From contig UYFQ01000046.1 in assembly GCA_900617105.1 (NCBI GenBank), positions 1 through 64,000 on the forward strand: 64,000 nt of DNA. Direction: 5' to 3'. A program made the position numbers and the translations under genes. Source of the DNA: Hydrurus foetidus. Lineage: Eukaryota. This document shows, in pieces, positions 49,327 to 58,603 of the stretch (position 1 is its first letter; each line of letters starts with the position of its first letter). The notes under the pieces are model-generated. The model did not search any database, was not told the DNA's origin, and saw only the letters and a program-made list of their open reading frames with translations.

Positions 49327-52300
49327 TTATCGGTAGTTCGCGATGAATTCGCGTGGTATTAAATGTTTAAGGTTCTTTTTTATCAAAAACTCATATACTT
49401 TTTGCGACTTGCGCATATGTGTCCACGGTTCCCAGGTGTTGTGTTCCTGAGTATAGTTGAGCCATTTCACATGAAATGTGAGTGTTTTGTAAGCTCGAAT
49501 ATTACCTTTCATTTCTAAAATATCTTCGATGAAGAATTCTAGGTAGTCCCTACGAGCTATATCGGTTGGGTCTACATGAGTTGGGTCGAATTGGAAAGGT
49601 TTTAATTGTGTCATGTGGTACACTTTTTCTTTATGTGTTATTAGATCGAGTAAAGTATACTCTGCGAAGTTGTGACTGACAACTCGCATCGGACCACGCC
49701 ACAGTGTGTGCATGCGTGTTTCCGGTGTTGTTCGCTGTTGCACAAGTACATATGTATCGACTCCAAATTGTGTGATGTTGGGTGATTGTTGTGCATTGTG
49801 GATGTCGTCTGATTCTTTGAGTAAACGTGCAGTGATTTGGATAAGTTCATCCTGCAACGTCAACATTGTATCTGTTGATTTCGATAGTGAATGGGATTCC
49901 AAATCGATTTCGTCTCGCGGGAGTAGGATATTGGCATCGAGGTCGATAGCGTTGCCATAGATGAGTTGTGCAGGTGATACTTTCATACGGTCGTTTACAG
50001 TTGAATTTAGTATTCTTTGTACGAATGGTAGTATTTCCGCGTAATTTTCCGTTGTTGCGCGTTCGTACGCGTATGCGGTGATGTGACGATTTATTTCTTT
50101 GTTGATACGTTCGACGATAGCGTTTTCTTCTGAACAGTATGGTAATATTTTGTTGTGGGTTGTACCAACAATTTTCACGAACTCATCGATAATGTGAGCG
50201 ACGAAGTGTGGGCCATTATCTGATCGAAGTATAGATGGTGTGCCGTATCGGCCCACGTGTTCTATGAGTGCTTTGCACGCTGCTTTAGCTGTTGCATCAG
50301 GTGTAGCATAGAGTTCGACAAATCTTGAAAATGTGTCGATCATAACAAGGATGTATCCTTTATCTGGGAATGGTCCGATGAAGTCAATATTAAGACATTC
50401 CATTGGTTTGTATGTTGATGTCGTGTACCTATATGCATTGATGGGATATTTCATAGCCGACATCTTTTGGCAACAAGGACAATTTTTTATGAATGTTTTT
50501 ACTGCGTCACGCATTCCCAACCATATGTTATTTGATTTTTTTAAGTTACGCAGAGTGCGTTGAACACCACCGTGTCCGACTGTAGTGTTATGACACTTTG
50601 CAATTAAGTTATATTGCTCTGTCGTCATCGGTTTGTGTGTCAGAATTGCAGCTATTATTCCTGATTTAGGTAGCATTCTGTTTTTACATAGGCGAGACAT
50701 TGCATCAGCAATTTCGTTTTGTTTCCCAGGGATATATCCTATCGTATATTCTAATTCTTGCAGGGCCATACGCCATCTGCTGACCATTTCGTTCTTGTCT
50801 TTTTCAAGGAACGTAAGATTTTTGTGGTCTGTTAGAATAGTGAATTTACGATCTCGTAGCAGTGCGTCGAGATAGGTACAGCAATAATATAGCGCGAAGG
50901 CTTCTTTTTGTATTACTGACCATTTCAGTTGAGTCTTGGTAAGAGACTTGCTTACAAGAGCGACGAGTTGTTTTTCCCCGTCGACTTCTTGATACAAATA
51001 GCCGCCTATACCGTAATCCGAAGCATCGGTCATTAGGGTTATGGGCGCTGTATCGTGTATAAAATATAGTAAAGGACTCTGTGCAATTAGATCTTTGATC
51101 TTTTGGAAAGAATTTGCAGCGTCATCTGTCCAGATAAGCAATGATTGCTTTTTCGCTGCGTGATCGATCATTTTATGCAGTGGTGCAACCACGTTAGAGT
51201 GATTTGGTACATGATCCCGAAAATAATTGGTGAGTCCGAGAAACGATCTTAGTTCGGTCGTCTTTCTTGGCATAGGAAAGTCGGTCACACCTCTTATTTT
51301 TTTGGAACTCATAGTTATACCATCTTTAGATATTTGTTTACCAACATATTCAACTAATTTTACATTTAGTTTAAGCTTTGCAGCTTTTAGTGATATGTTT
51401 TTTTCTTCGAGACGTTGAAACAATATTTCTAAACGTTCGCAGAACTCCTCAAATCCATTACCATAAACGATTATATCGTCGAGGTATACTTCACAAATGT
51501 GATATATTAGTCCCAGAAGGACTATTGTGGCCATCATTTCTTGGAAATATGAGGGAGCTCTTTTGGGTCCGAATGGTAGTCGGGTAAAGTGGTGAATACC
51601 CATAAAGGTGACGAACGCGGTGTACACGCGTGTACTCAGAGTCAGTGGGGCTTGGTGATAACCTGCAGTGAGGTCGATTACACCGAATGTGTCTGCCTTT
51701 TGTGAACCTAATCTCGCTAACATTTGTCTAATATTAGGAATTGGCCAGCTTGCTGACTCTGTTGCATCGTTGAGGTGACGGTAGTCAATACAGAATCGGT
51801 ATGAACCGTCTGGCTTAGACGCAAGTGTAACTTGTGAGTAGTATGATGCCTCTGATTTGACTATTATACCCTGTTCTAGCATAGTATCAACTTGTTTACG
51901 GATTTCAATTTGTTTCCGTATTGACGTTGGTCGGGGTGCTACACGATTCCTGAATACTTTCCATTCTGGATCCCGTACGGGTAGTCCAAACGGTGGAATA
52001 CGTGCAGGCTCCGGTCCGAGTTTGTTGTTGAAAAGCTTAATGTGTTCGACACAGATTGCTCTTATTTTTGCTATTTGGTCAGGGGTACCATCGATGTGTA
52101 TTAAATCGATGAGGTACATTTTATCCTCTGTTGGATTGTCTTGGAAAGGAGCGAAGGTATCCTTCGACTTGTAGTCAATCTCTTCGGGTCCGAAGGGTTG
52201 AACCTCCGGGAGTTCTTCACGCTCCCGGAGTAGAGCAGCAACTAGACCACGCGTTTGAGCTGGTGCCTTGGATGAGGGAGTTGGAGTAGCTAATTCCGGA

Positions 52301-53664
52301 CTCCTGTCGGTTGTTAAACCTAAATCACTGTGTCGGGGAGGTGACAACAAAACTGCTGCCTCGACCGTAGAGTGCACAGTGAACTCATCTAAAACAAGTT
52401 GAGCCGCTGCCGCAGCTGAACCTGTGGGACACCCGCATGATGCAGTGCATGTCTTGCTTGTACAAGCACCTCGAGCCACCAGGTCGTCTTGCCATCGACT
52501 GTCTGCGTCTGAGGGTTTTATCCCCTCCTGGCTAGTTATAACCAGAGGTATGTTGTGTGTGTTTTTATTTTGTTGCGTTGTGTCAGTGTAGGTGACGACA
52601 TGTTCAGGTTCTGCATATAGCAGCTGTACTGGAATAGTTGTAAGAACGTCCGTTCTCGACTTTTGTAATTGTTTTGACGTCGGATGTGGAAGAAGTTCTG
52701 TTCCGATTTGATCTACATTTTGGAAGAATTCTGGAAGAATTTTTACCAGGTTGAGATCTTTGATTGTTTTTAATCCGAGGATTAAATCGACTTTGGAGTC
52801 TTCCGCAATTCGGACAGGAAGAGCGAAAGTGTATTTGAGAAAATCTTTTTTAAATGATACAACAATATCAAGCACATGTGTAGATTCAATACATTGATTA
52901 TTTAGACCGGAACACATCCATAAGGGAGTGTCCGTTGTGCGCAAGTGGGGTTCGCCTTGCAGGCCCCGAAGGACTCTACGGTTGACTACGTCCCCAACTT
53001 GGCATCCGGTGTCGAGTTGTGCGAGAGCGGCCAAGTCGTTACTTGGGCTCGTATTTGTTGGAGGAGGAGGATTTTCCGGAGGTGTTGTTGTCGTCCCGGC
53101 GGTTGTCTTTGTCTTTCGCCGAGTCGCGCGACTCTTCCTTGCGGGAGTTGTCACGGTCGCGATCGTTAGCGCGGTGGTTGGGACGGTAACCGGGGATCGG
53201 ATCTGTGGTAGAGATATTGTTACTTGTAAGTAATCGTCTATGTTTTCAGGTAATATCGCTGATAGTAGTTGTGTCATGTTTGGAATTTTCTGACTGTCGT
53301 CAGAATGCAATGTATGCGCGTCAGTCAATGACAACTTACTTTTGCCTTTGTATCCGAACTCTTGGCCGGTTTTGTTGTTGACGTTTCTGCGGCTACGGTT
53401 TGCGTCACGATCGGTGTTGCGGTCGTTGGCGTTGTTGTTGTTGCGTTCGTTATCGCGATCGTTGTTGGTACGATCCGACTTCGCATTGTTGTTGTTGTCG
53501 TTGTTGTTTTTGTTATTGTTGCGTTTGTTTTTGTTTTTGTTGTTTTGGGGTTGTTTCTCTGGACCCTTGTCGGTGGTGTCTCCTTCCGTGGGATAGATGT
53601 ATGTGGACGCTCCATGATTGATGGTAGTTTGCGTCATTACCCCGTTGAGGTAGACGTTTGGCAC
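49327..53664 (-). CDS. pol: Gypsy A pol (Asn-rich segment, protease, RT, RNase H, integrase, chromodomain)
   Basis: LDTG; DLTAGYHQ and YLDD; TDASDYGIG; H..GH..CPCCQ, IDFIG, SDNG, VER; C-terminal FHVKWLNY..EHNTWEP. Confidence 0.95.
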   Translation of the reverse strand: MPNVYLNGVMTQTTINHGASTYIYPTEGDTTDKGPEKQPQNNKNKNKRNNNKNNNDNNNNAKSDRTNNDRDNERNNNNANDRNTDRDANRSRRNVNNKTGQEFGYKGKSKLSLTDAHTLHSDDSQKIPNMTQLLSAILPENIDDYLQVTISLPQIRSPVTVPTTALTIATVTTPARKSRATRRKTKTTAGTTTTPPENPPPPTNTSPSNDLAALAQLDTGCQVGDVVNRRVLRGLQGEPHLRTTDTPLWMCSGLNNQCIESTHVLDIVVSFKKDFLKYTFALPVRIAEDSKVDLILGLKTIKDLNLVKILPEFFQNVDQIGTELLPHPTSKQLQKSRTDVLTTIPVQLLYAEPEHVVTYTDTTQQNKNTHNIPLVITSQEGIKPSDADSRWQDDLVARGACTSKTCTASCGCPTGSAAAAAQLVLDEFTVHSTVEAAVLLSPPRHSDLGLTTDRSPELATPTPSSKAPAQTRGLVAALLREREELPEVQPFGPEEIDYKSKDTFAPFQDNPTEDKMYLIDLIHIDGTPDQIAKIRAICVEHIKLFNNKLGPEPARIPPFGLPVRDPEWKVFRNRVAPRPTSIRKQIEIRKQVDTMLEQGIIVKSEASYYSQVTLASKPDGSYRFCIDYRHLNDATESASWPIPNIRQMLARLGSQKADTFGVIDLTAGYHQAPLTLSTRVYTAFVTFMGIHHFTRLPFGPKRAPSYFQEMMATIVLLGLIYHICEVYLDDIIVYGNGFEEFCERLEILFQRLEEKNISLKAAKLKLNVKLVEYVGKQISKDGITMSSKKIRGVTDFPMPRKTTELRSFLGLTNYFRDHVPNHSNVVAPLHKMIDHAAKKQSLLIWTDDAANSFQKIKDLIAQSPLLYFIHDTAPITLMTDASDYGIGGYLYQEVDGEKQLVALVSKSLTKTQLKWSVIQKEAFALYYCCTYLDALLRDRKFTILTDHKNLTFLEKDKNEMVSRWRMALQELEYTIGYIPGKQNEIADAMSRLCKNRMLPKSGIIAAILTHKPMTTEQYNLIAKCHNTTVGHGGVQRTLRNLKKSNNIWLGMRDAVKTFIKNCPCCQKMSAMKYPINAYRYTTSTYKPMECLNIDFIGPFPDKGYILVMIDTFSRFVELYATPDATAKAACKALIEHVGRYGTPSILRSDNGPHFVAHIIDEFVKIVGTTHNKILPYCSEENAIVERINKEINRHITAYAYERATTENYAEILPFVQRILNSTVNDRMKVSPAQLIYGNAIDLDANILLPRDEIDLESHSLSKSTDTMLTLQDELIQITARLLKESDDIHNAQQSPNITQFGVDTYVLVQQRTTPETRMHTLWRGPMRVVSHNFAEYTLLDLITHKEKVYHMTQLKPFQFDPTHVDPTDIARRDYLEFFIEDILEMKGNIRAYKTLTFHVKWLNYTQEHNTWEPWTHMRKSQKVYEFLIKKNLKHLIPREFIANYR

Positions 53665-55544
53665 GAAGTGAGGGTGGCCGATTCGGCGGAAATCGGCTGA
53701 CTCCGGTGACTGTGACCGGTGTGTGTTGTCACAGCCGGTGACTGTGACCGGCTGACTCCGGTGTGTGTGTTGTTACAGTGTGTGTTCATGAAGAGTGTAC
53801 GCGTGTAACGATTGTGGCCGACGACCCCACACGTGTGGCATGTGTTGGTGGAGCGACTGAGGCCGTTGTGTTCGTAGTCCTGTGAACGTGAGAACATGCT
53901 TTTGTATTGGGACTGCGGCACGTACTCGTTGGGTGGTGTGTCGGCCTGTTCCCTTAGGGTGAGTTTTGTTTTGAAGTGGTATAACAATCCACCCATGTTT
54001 TGTGCGTCCTCAACTGTTCGGCGGGATTTCTGTAAACAGATGTTGAGGCGCTGAATCATGTCGGGGATGTTATCCTTCTTTTTCCCTTTGATGTATTTTT
54101 TGGTTTGGGCCATGAAGTTGTCGGTGAATTTGTTGTTGATGGGTAGCTTCTTGTAGAAGATTTTACACATGTCATCATGTGTTGTTGAGTCAATCAGAGA
54201 ATATTCGCTGTAGTGTCCCAAGATGATGTCTCGGAACTGCGCGATTGAGGCGTCCTCGAGGGATTCGTCTTGCCAGCAAAATTCGAATTGGAAATTTTTT
54301 AAAGATAAATCCAATTCGAATGTTGTCAGCGTACGTTTGTTATCGTAGTAGATTTTTTTAAGATCTTCTGCGATTTCCTGAAGGGTGAGTGTCCCCGAGG
54401 GGAGTTCGGGCCAGGCTTTACACTCAGCTCTGGTGTAACCGGTTTCCTTCATGTGTTTGACTAACCGATCTTGGATCGATAGTCTCGCCTCTTTCTCAAT
54501 GACTTCGTCCCATTTGGATTTAAATCCCGGGCGATATGCCTGTTGGTAGAAAAGGCGTGCTGCCTTATCCATTCCACCAAACAGGGCTTTTCGGTCCAAC
54601 ATGAAAACCTCTCTCATATTAATGAGTGAGGTGGATATTTCTCGGGCTTCCTTTTGGGGGTCGCGGGACTCATAGACGAGATCTGTGTCATCTTGTTTGC
54701 GTTTTCGAATAGGTTTTTCAGCTGTCGGTTTAGACGCGACTGATGTTACCTTTGCTTTTGCTGATGATGTAGATGAGGATGATGATGATTTGTCTTGTTT
54801 GGTAGCCCTTGCGGGCTTCTTCTTCGCCAGAGGCTTGATAGCCAATGGTTTAGATTTTTTAGACTTGACGACAGGGAGTTCGACAGCGTCTGAGTTTGAC
54901 TTGTCGTCGTCGTTATCGTCTTCCTCGTTGTCGTCGTTGTCTTCATCATCATCCTCGCCGTTGTCGTCGGCGTCGTCATTGGTGACGTCGTCGTCGGCGT
55001 CGTCAGTGTCGCTGTTGTCGTCATCGTCCTCGTCCTCCATCATCGTCGTCGTCGTCGTCCTCCTCAGACGAGGAGTTGTCGTTCTTTTCCTCCTTCTCCT
55101 CTTGCGACTGTTTAACGTCTTGGTTGTTGTTGTCGTCATCAAGAGGAGTTGGTGGGGTGACTCGACTGACTGATAGGGGCGTTGGTTTGTGTCGACGGAT
55201 GCGACGAGGTCCCTCATTTCTTCCTCGTCAGCGCCAACTTTGTCTGCCCATTCTTGCAGCTTAGCAATGCGTTCGCGTTCTGCGATGCGCATTTTATTTG
55301 CTTCGCGCTTGGTTATCTTGCCGCGAGCGGCTTCGTCTTGAAGACGTGTTGGGGTATCTCCGACTCGGATGGCTTCCTTAGCCAGAGCCGCAGTGGATTT
55401 TTCGACATTGCGGAGGAGTTCCCGCTCCGCTGCTGCGTGTTTTTGCCTCGCAGTTTGCGGAAGCTGGCGCTGGTCGGATGGGTTTGAACCCTCAGAGATA
55501 GCATCGCTAGAGCTCCGTTTGTTGGCATTTTTGCCTTTGGCCAT
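53637..55544 (-). CDS. gag: Gypsy A gag (acidic and Lys-rich N-terminal half, degenerate Zn knuckle); local frame disturbances
   Basis: Long ORF between the 5' LTR and pol. Likely start MAKGKNANK at 55544. CHTCGVVGH near the end. Confidence 0.75.
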   Translation of the reverse strand: MAKGKNANKRSSSDAISEGSNPSDQRQLPQTARQKHAAAERELLRNVEKSTAALAKEAIRVGDTPTRLQDEAARGKITKREANKMRIAERERIAKLQEWADKVGADEEEMRDLVASVDTNQRPYQSVESPHQLLLMTTTTTKTLNSRKRRRRKRTTTPRLRRTTTTTMMEDEDDDDNSDTDDADDDVTNDDADDNGEDDDEDNDDNEEDDNDDDKSNSDAVELPVVKSKKSKPLAIKPLAKKKPARATKQDKSSSSSSTSSAKAKVTSVASKPTAEKPIRKRKQDDTDLVYESRDPQKEAREISTSLINMREVFMLDRKALFGGMDKAARLFYQQAYRPGFKSKWDEVIEKEARLSIQDRLVKHMKETGYTRAECKAWPELPSGTLTLQEIAEDLKKIYYDNKRTLTTFELDLSLKNFQFEFCWQDESLEDASIAQFRDIILGHYSEYSLIDSTTHDDMCKIFYKKLPINNKFTDNFMAQTKKYIKGKKKDNIPDMIQRLNICLQKSRRTVEDAQNMGGLLYHFKTKLTLREQADTPPNEYVPQSQYKSMFSRSQDYEHNGLSRSTNTCHTCGVVGHNRYTRTLFMNTHCNNTHTGVSRSQSPAVTTHTGHSHRSQPISAESATLTSCQTSTSTG

Positions 55545-56099
55545 CTTGAAAAGTCGTCGGCAGTTGGATCGATGGCGCTTCCTGTCTTGGTCAGCAACGG
55601 AACTCGGACGCTCTGCTAAATGATCAGTAGGATGTGCTCCTTCGAAAGAGCTGTTGGTGGTATGTTGGCGGCTGTAAAAAGTGAAGATTAGATTAAGATG
55701 CTTTCCCCCCGATTTCGGGAGAAAATTGATGGAAAGTTGAATAGGACGGTGGAGCTCGCAGGACACGAAGTTGGGCGCGACGTCTGTAGGCTTTCGTTTA
55801 CGAACGAATTTGATGTTTTCACTTGCTTACAAGTTACTCGCTTGCGTTGTCCTTCAAGTTTTGAATGGAGCAACGATTTAAGTCGGAAAAAGTCGTCGAG
55901 ACGAAATTTTTACTGGAAGCGTTTCAGAGGCTGTCGCCTTGACAGAGCCTTTGTAGTGTGTTTTTATGATGTTTTCACTTATAAAAGTTACTCGCTTGGT
56001 GCGGCACGCCTTTGAAAAGGACGCTGCCGACTTTTTTTTTTGGATGTTTTTGGAAGCTGGTCTCGTAGAGAGATCCTAGCTGATTCCAAATACCGGTAT

Positions 56100-56315
56100 T
56101 GTGGTCTCACTAGGACTCTGGGCTGGAACGGAGGGCTGCTGGAACGCGGGCGAAGGAAAGGGGGTGATGGGGCTGGTGCTATGGATAGCAAAGTGGTTAG
56201 CTTACAGATAAACACAGCAGGTATCATGGCAATGAATCGTGTGGATCGGATCGTCCTCGATCCGATCCGAACGTACGCCTGTACCCGTACCGCCCGTACG
56301 GGTGTACGGGTCACA
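56100..56315 (-). repeat. Gypsy A 5' LTR (216 bp)
   Basis: Identical to 48797-49012; followed on the plus strand by TSD ATCC. Confidence 0.96.
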
Positions 56316-56607
56316 ATCCAAACGATTTCTCATTATTGAGTCCCAAACATGGTTGTGTCAAAAAGTGGTCGATGTCGCGGCATCCCGATTTTTTCGATCA
56401 AATTTCACCTTTCGAATTTTTTGACAGAGGACGGCAGAGAACTTGAATGGACTCGTTGGAAACACTGGTTGCTTTGCAAGAAGATGGAGAGTTGACTGAT
56501 ATTGTGATCGATGAATGGCTACGGTTCGATGTTTTCATGGTGACTAAATATTGGACGTAAAAGTGTCCTAAATCACAGAAACTCCGCAAACATAGGGTCG
56601 GCGACGG

Positions 56608-56953
56608 TATAGCAGTTAGTACTCACGCGTGTACGTTCATATACATATACACGCATACGTACCCCTGTACTATCGCCATGTATCAGTTAGTACGAACCCT
56701 CTGACCTCACGCAAATGAACGTTCGCCTTTCATGATTCTTCAGTATCGCCAAAACACTTCGTTACTATAAGCATTCATGCAACGTTCCTCAAGCACATGC
56801 TATGAACAACACATCTCGCTGTGAACTTTGTCTCAAGGTAGTTTCATTGTCATGAAGTGTTCCGATAGCTCTTTTGCGTGGCTATCTGTAAACTCTAATC
56901 AGAATTTAATACGTTCTACTTCACAGCTTCGTCTACTCGATAGCTCACTGAAT
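56608..56953 (+). repeat. Copia copy 2 3' LTR, resumed fragment, cut again about 75 bp before its end
   Basis: Matches about 36531-36876 and diverges after CTCACTGAAT. Confidence 0.9.
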
Positions 56954-57082
56954 CAATTTTCTCGTACGCGCACAACGATAAGGACGAAACATACGAAATA
57001 ATGAATCCTATTTTGGTCTACGAGAAAACCTAAAATTCGTTCTCGTAAATGGGCCGCGATAAGGAATAGCCTAAATTAAGAT

Positions 57083-57846
57083 TTAGGAGATGCCGCCACG
57101 GCAGCGCAGGTTCTCTGGCGTGGAAGGAGCAGGGACCGCTGACCGGAGCCGGACCCCTCAGGGACGGAGATAGGGGGGAATACCACGGGACAACGCCACG
57201 CGGCAAACGGAACTTGGACCGCTACCCCATGTCGTGTTATTAGCCTCAACGTAGTTTAGTTCGTCACAACATACATTTGAAAAAGAGGGTTCAAATGCGA
57301 TGGATGGAAATTGAAGTGTTTGTTGATGACAGCACACTGTCACAATTATTTGAAACGCCTGATTTCAAGGAGATCCATCATCGTTCAATTCACCCCGTAG
57401 CCAGCCATTCCTACAGGGATATTATAACGTTTACAATGAATTTGTTGTTTGATGTTACCTGATCACTTGCGTGTCAGCTGGTGAAGAGCATCCTGACCCA
57501 AGGTCTGCCCCTGCGACCCCGACCCCAAACCCCAGTCTGGGCGGGGGAAGGGTGACCAAATAGGCTAGACGCGCAAGCGACACCACCCGTAAGTTAACAT
57601 TATCAACGCATTCGTTTAAAGCAATCCGGCCTTCCTTTCGTGCTCGGCAAGCGAGGGGCGTAGTAGGAGTGGAGCACGACAGGGAGCCCGGAAACCAGTA
57701 TTACCCAAAGGGGACAGGACACTGACAGCAGAAGAGAGTTAGGAGATGCCGCCACGGCAGCGCAGGTTCTCTGGCGTGGAAGGAGCAGGGACCGCTGACC
57801 GGAGCCGGACCCCTCAGGGACGGAGATAGGGGGGAATACCACGGGA
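57083..57846. repeat. 108-bp identical direct repeat (57083-57190 and 57739-57846; spacing 656 bp) of an unidentified element
   Basis: TTAGGAGATGCCGCCACGG...GGAATACCACGGGA occurs twice. The second copy is cut by gypsy B. Confidence 0.88.
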
Positions 57847-58042
57847 TGTGGTAGTTCCGGGTCCAAGGTCCCGATCCTACCGGATAGTACTACGGTACAC
57901 TACTCACCGTACACTACAGTCTGTTGTATCGTCGTAGTTACCTACAGCCTCCACGTAGAAGTTAACCCTAGCTTCTAGCTTCACGCTGTAACTAACCTAC
58001 CTCCTCTAGCCTTTCCCTCTTCCTTTCCCATCCAGAGCCACA
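57847..58042 (+). repeat. Putative 5' LTR of gypsy B (196 bp, TGTGG...CCACA)
   Basis: 5-bp terminal inverted repeat. Shares CTGTAA(G)CTAACC and a pyrimidine-rich 3' part with LTR A. No second copy is available in the window to confirm it. Confidence 0.65.
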
Positions 58043-58603
58043 ATAGCGCTATTACCGCTCATCCCTCTTCACTTTCTTTTCTAAAATCTACTTGGCCTAT
58101 CTATAGATAGACTTCCAACGGAGTAGATATACTCCACGACTTCCGAGGAGTCTCCGAAGCTCCGAGAACGTAGTTTAAGTTTACGAAAGTTTGGCATAAC
58201 CGCTTTCCTCTTGGAACTCCTCGAAAGGCATTTCCAAAAGTTCGTTTCTGGTCGAAGTCGCGAGAGCCTTCCCAACTCGAAATTAAGGAGTCTTCCGTTT
58301 GCAATTTGGACACTGGATCCATTGTTAGAGACATCAGATTAGTCTAAGGACGTCTTTTTGTCAGCAGGAAGTTCCTCCTTCATCCTCAAGAGGACCTCAA
58401 ATTTTTCACCACTCGAAATTCGGCTTTCTTGCCATAGAATGTGTCTCGAGAAGAGTTGGTTGAAATTCGATTATTCGCTGTTATTTGCGTAAAGTATCCA
58501 TTAAGCGAACGAGGCGAAGCTCTCGCAAATTTTTTTGACGAGGAACGCTCGTCCTGGCTTCGATGTAACTCGATTTATATCTCGATTCATCTTTCGATAA
58601 GAG

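Larger units (their letters stand above)
48797..56315 (-). mobile_element. Ty3/gypsy chromodomain-containing LTR retrotransposon A, full length (7,519 bp), recent
   Basis: Two identical 216-bp TG...CA LTRs. 4-bp TSD ATCC (48793-48796 / 56316-56319). PPT AGATAGAGAGGGG before the 3' LTR. Confidence 0.96.
44285..56607 (-). mobile_element. pogo-type DNA transposon B (4,800 bp after removing the nested gypsy element), two genes
   Basis: Perfect 24-bp TIRs CCGTCGCCGACCCTATGTTTGCGG (44285-44308 / 56584-56607). TA duplication is confirmed by the empty site GCCATATAGCAG in the 5' LTR (about 36527). Confidence 0.95.
36172..56953 (+). mobile_element. Ty1/copia LTR retrotransposon copy 2; 5' LTR truncated, 3' LTR split by later insertions
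   Basis: Layout is LTR, PBS, gag-PR-IN-RT-RH, PPT (GGGGAG 43736-43741), LTR. The 3' LTR resumes at 56608 after a 12.3-kb insertion. Confidence 0.92.

Noticed and set aside
53637..53664. Programmed gag-pol frameshift in gypsy A
   Set aside because: No clear slippery heptamer, the adjacent sequence looks scrambled, and the equivalent region of gypsy B stays in one frame.
56075..56088. TGGAATCAGCTAGG on the minus strand as a conventional PBS for gypsy A
   Set aside because: It lies 11 nt from the LTR rather than adjacent, matches no tRNA end I recognise and has no counterpart in gypsy B. Not excluded without the host tRNA set.
56954..57846. Hammerhead ribozyme as in Penelope-like terminal repeats
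   Set aside because: No CTGATGA...GAAA core found on either strand.
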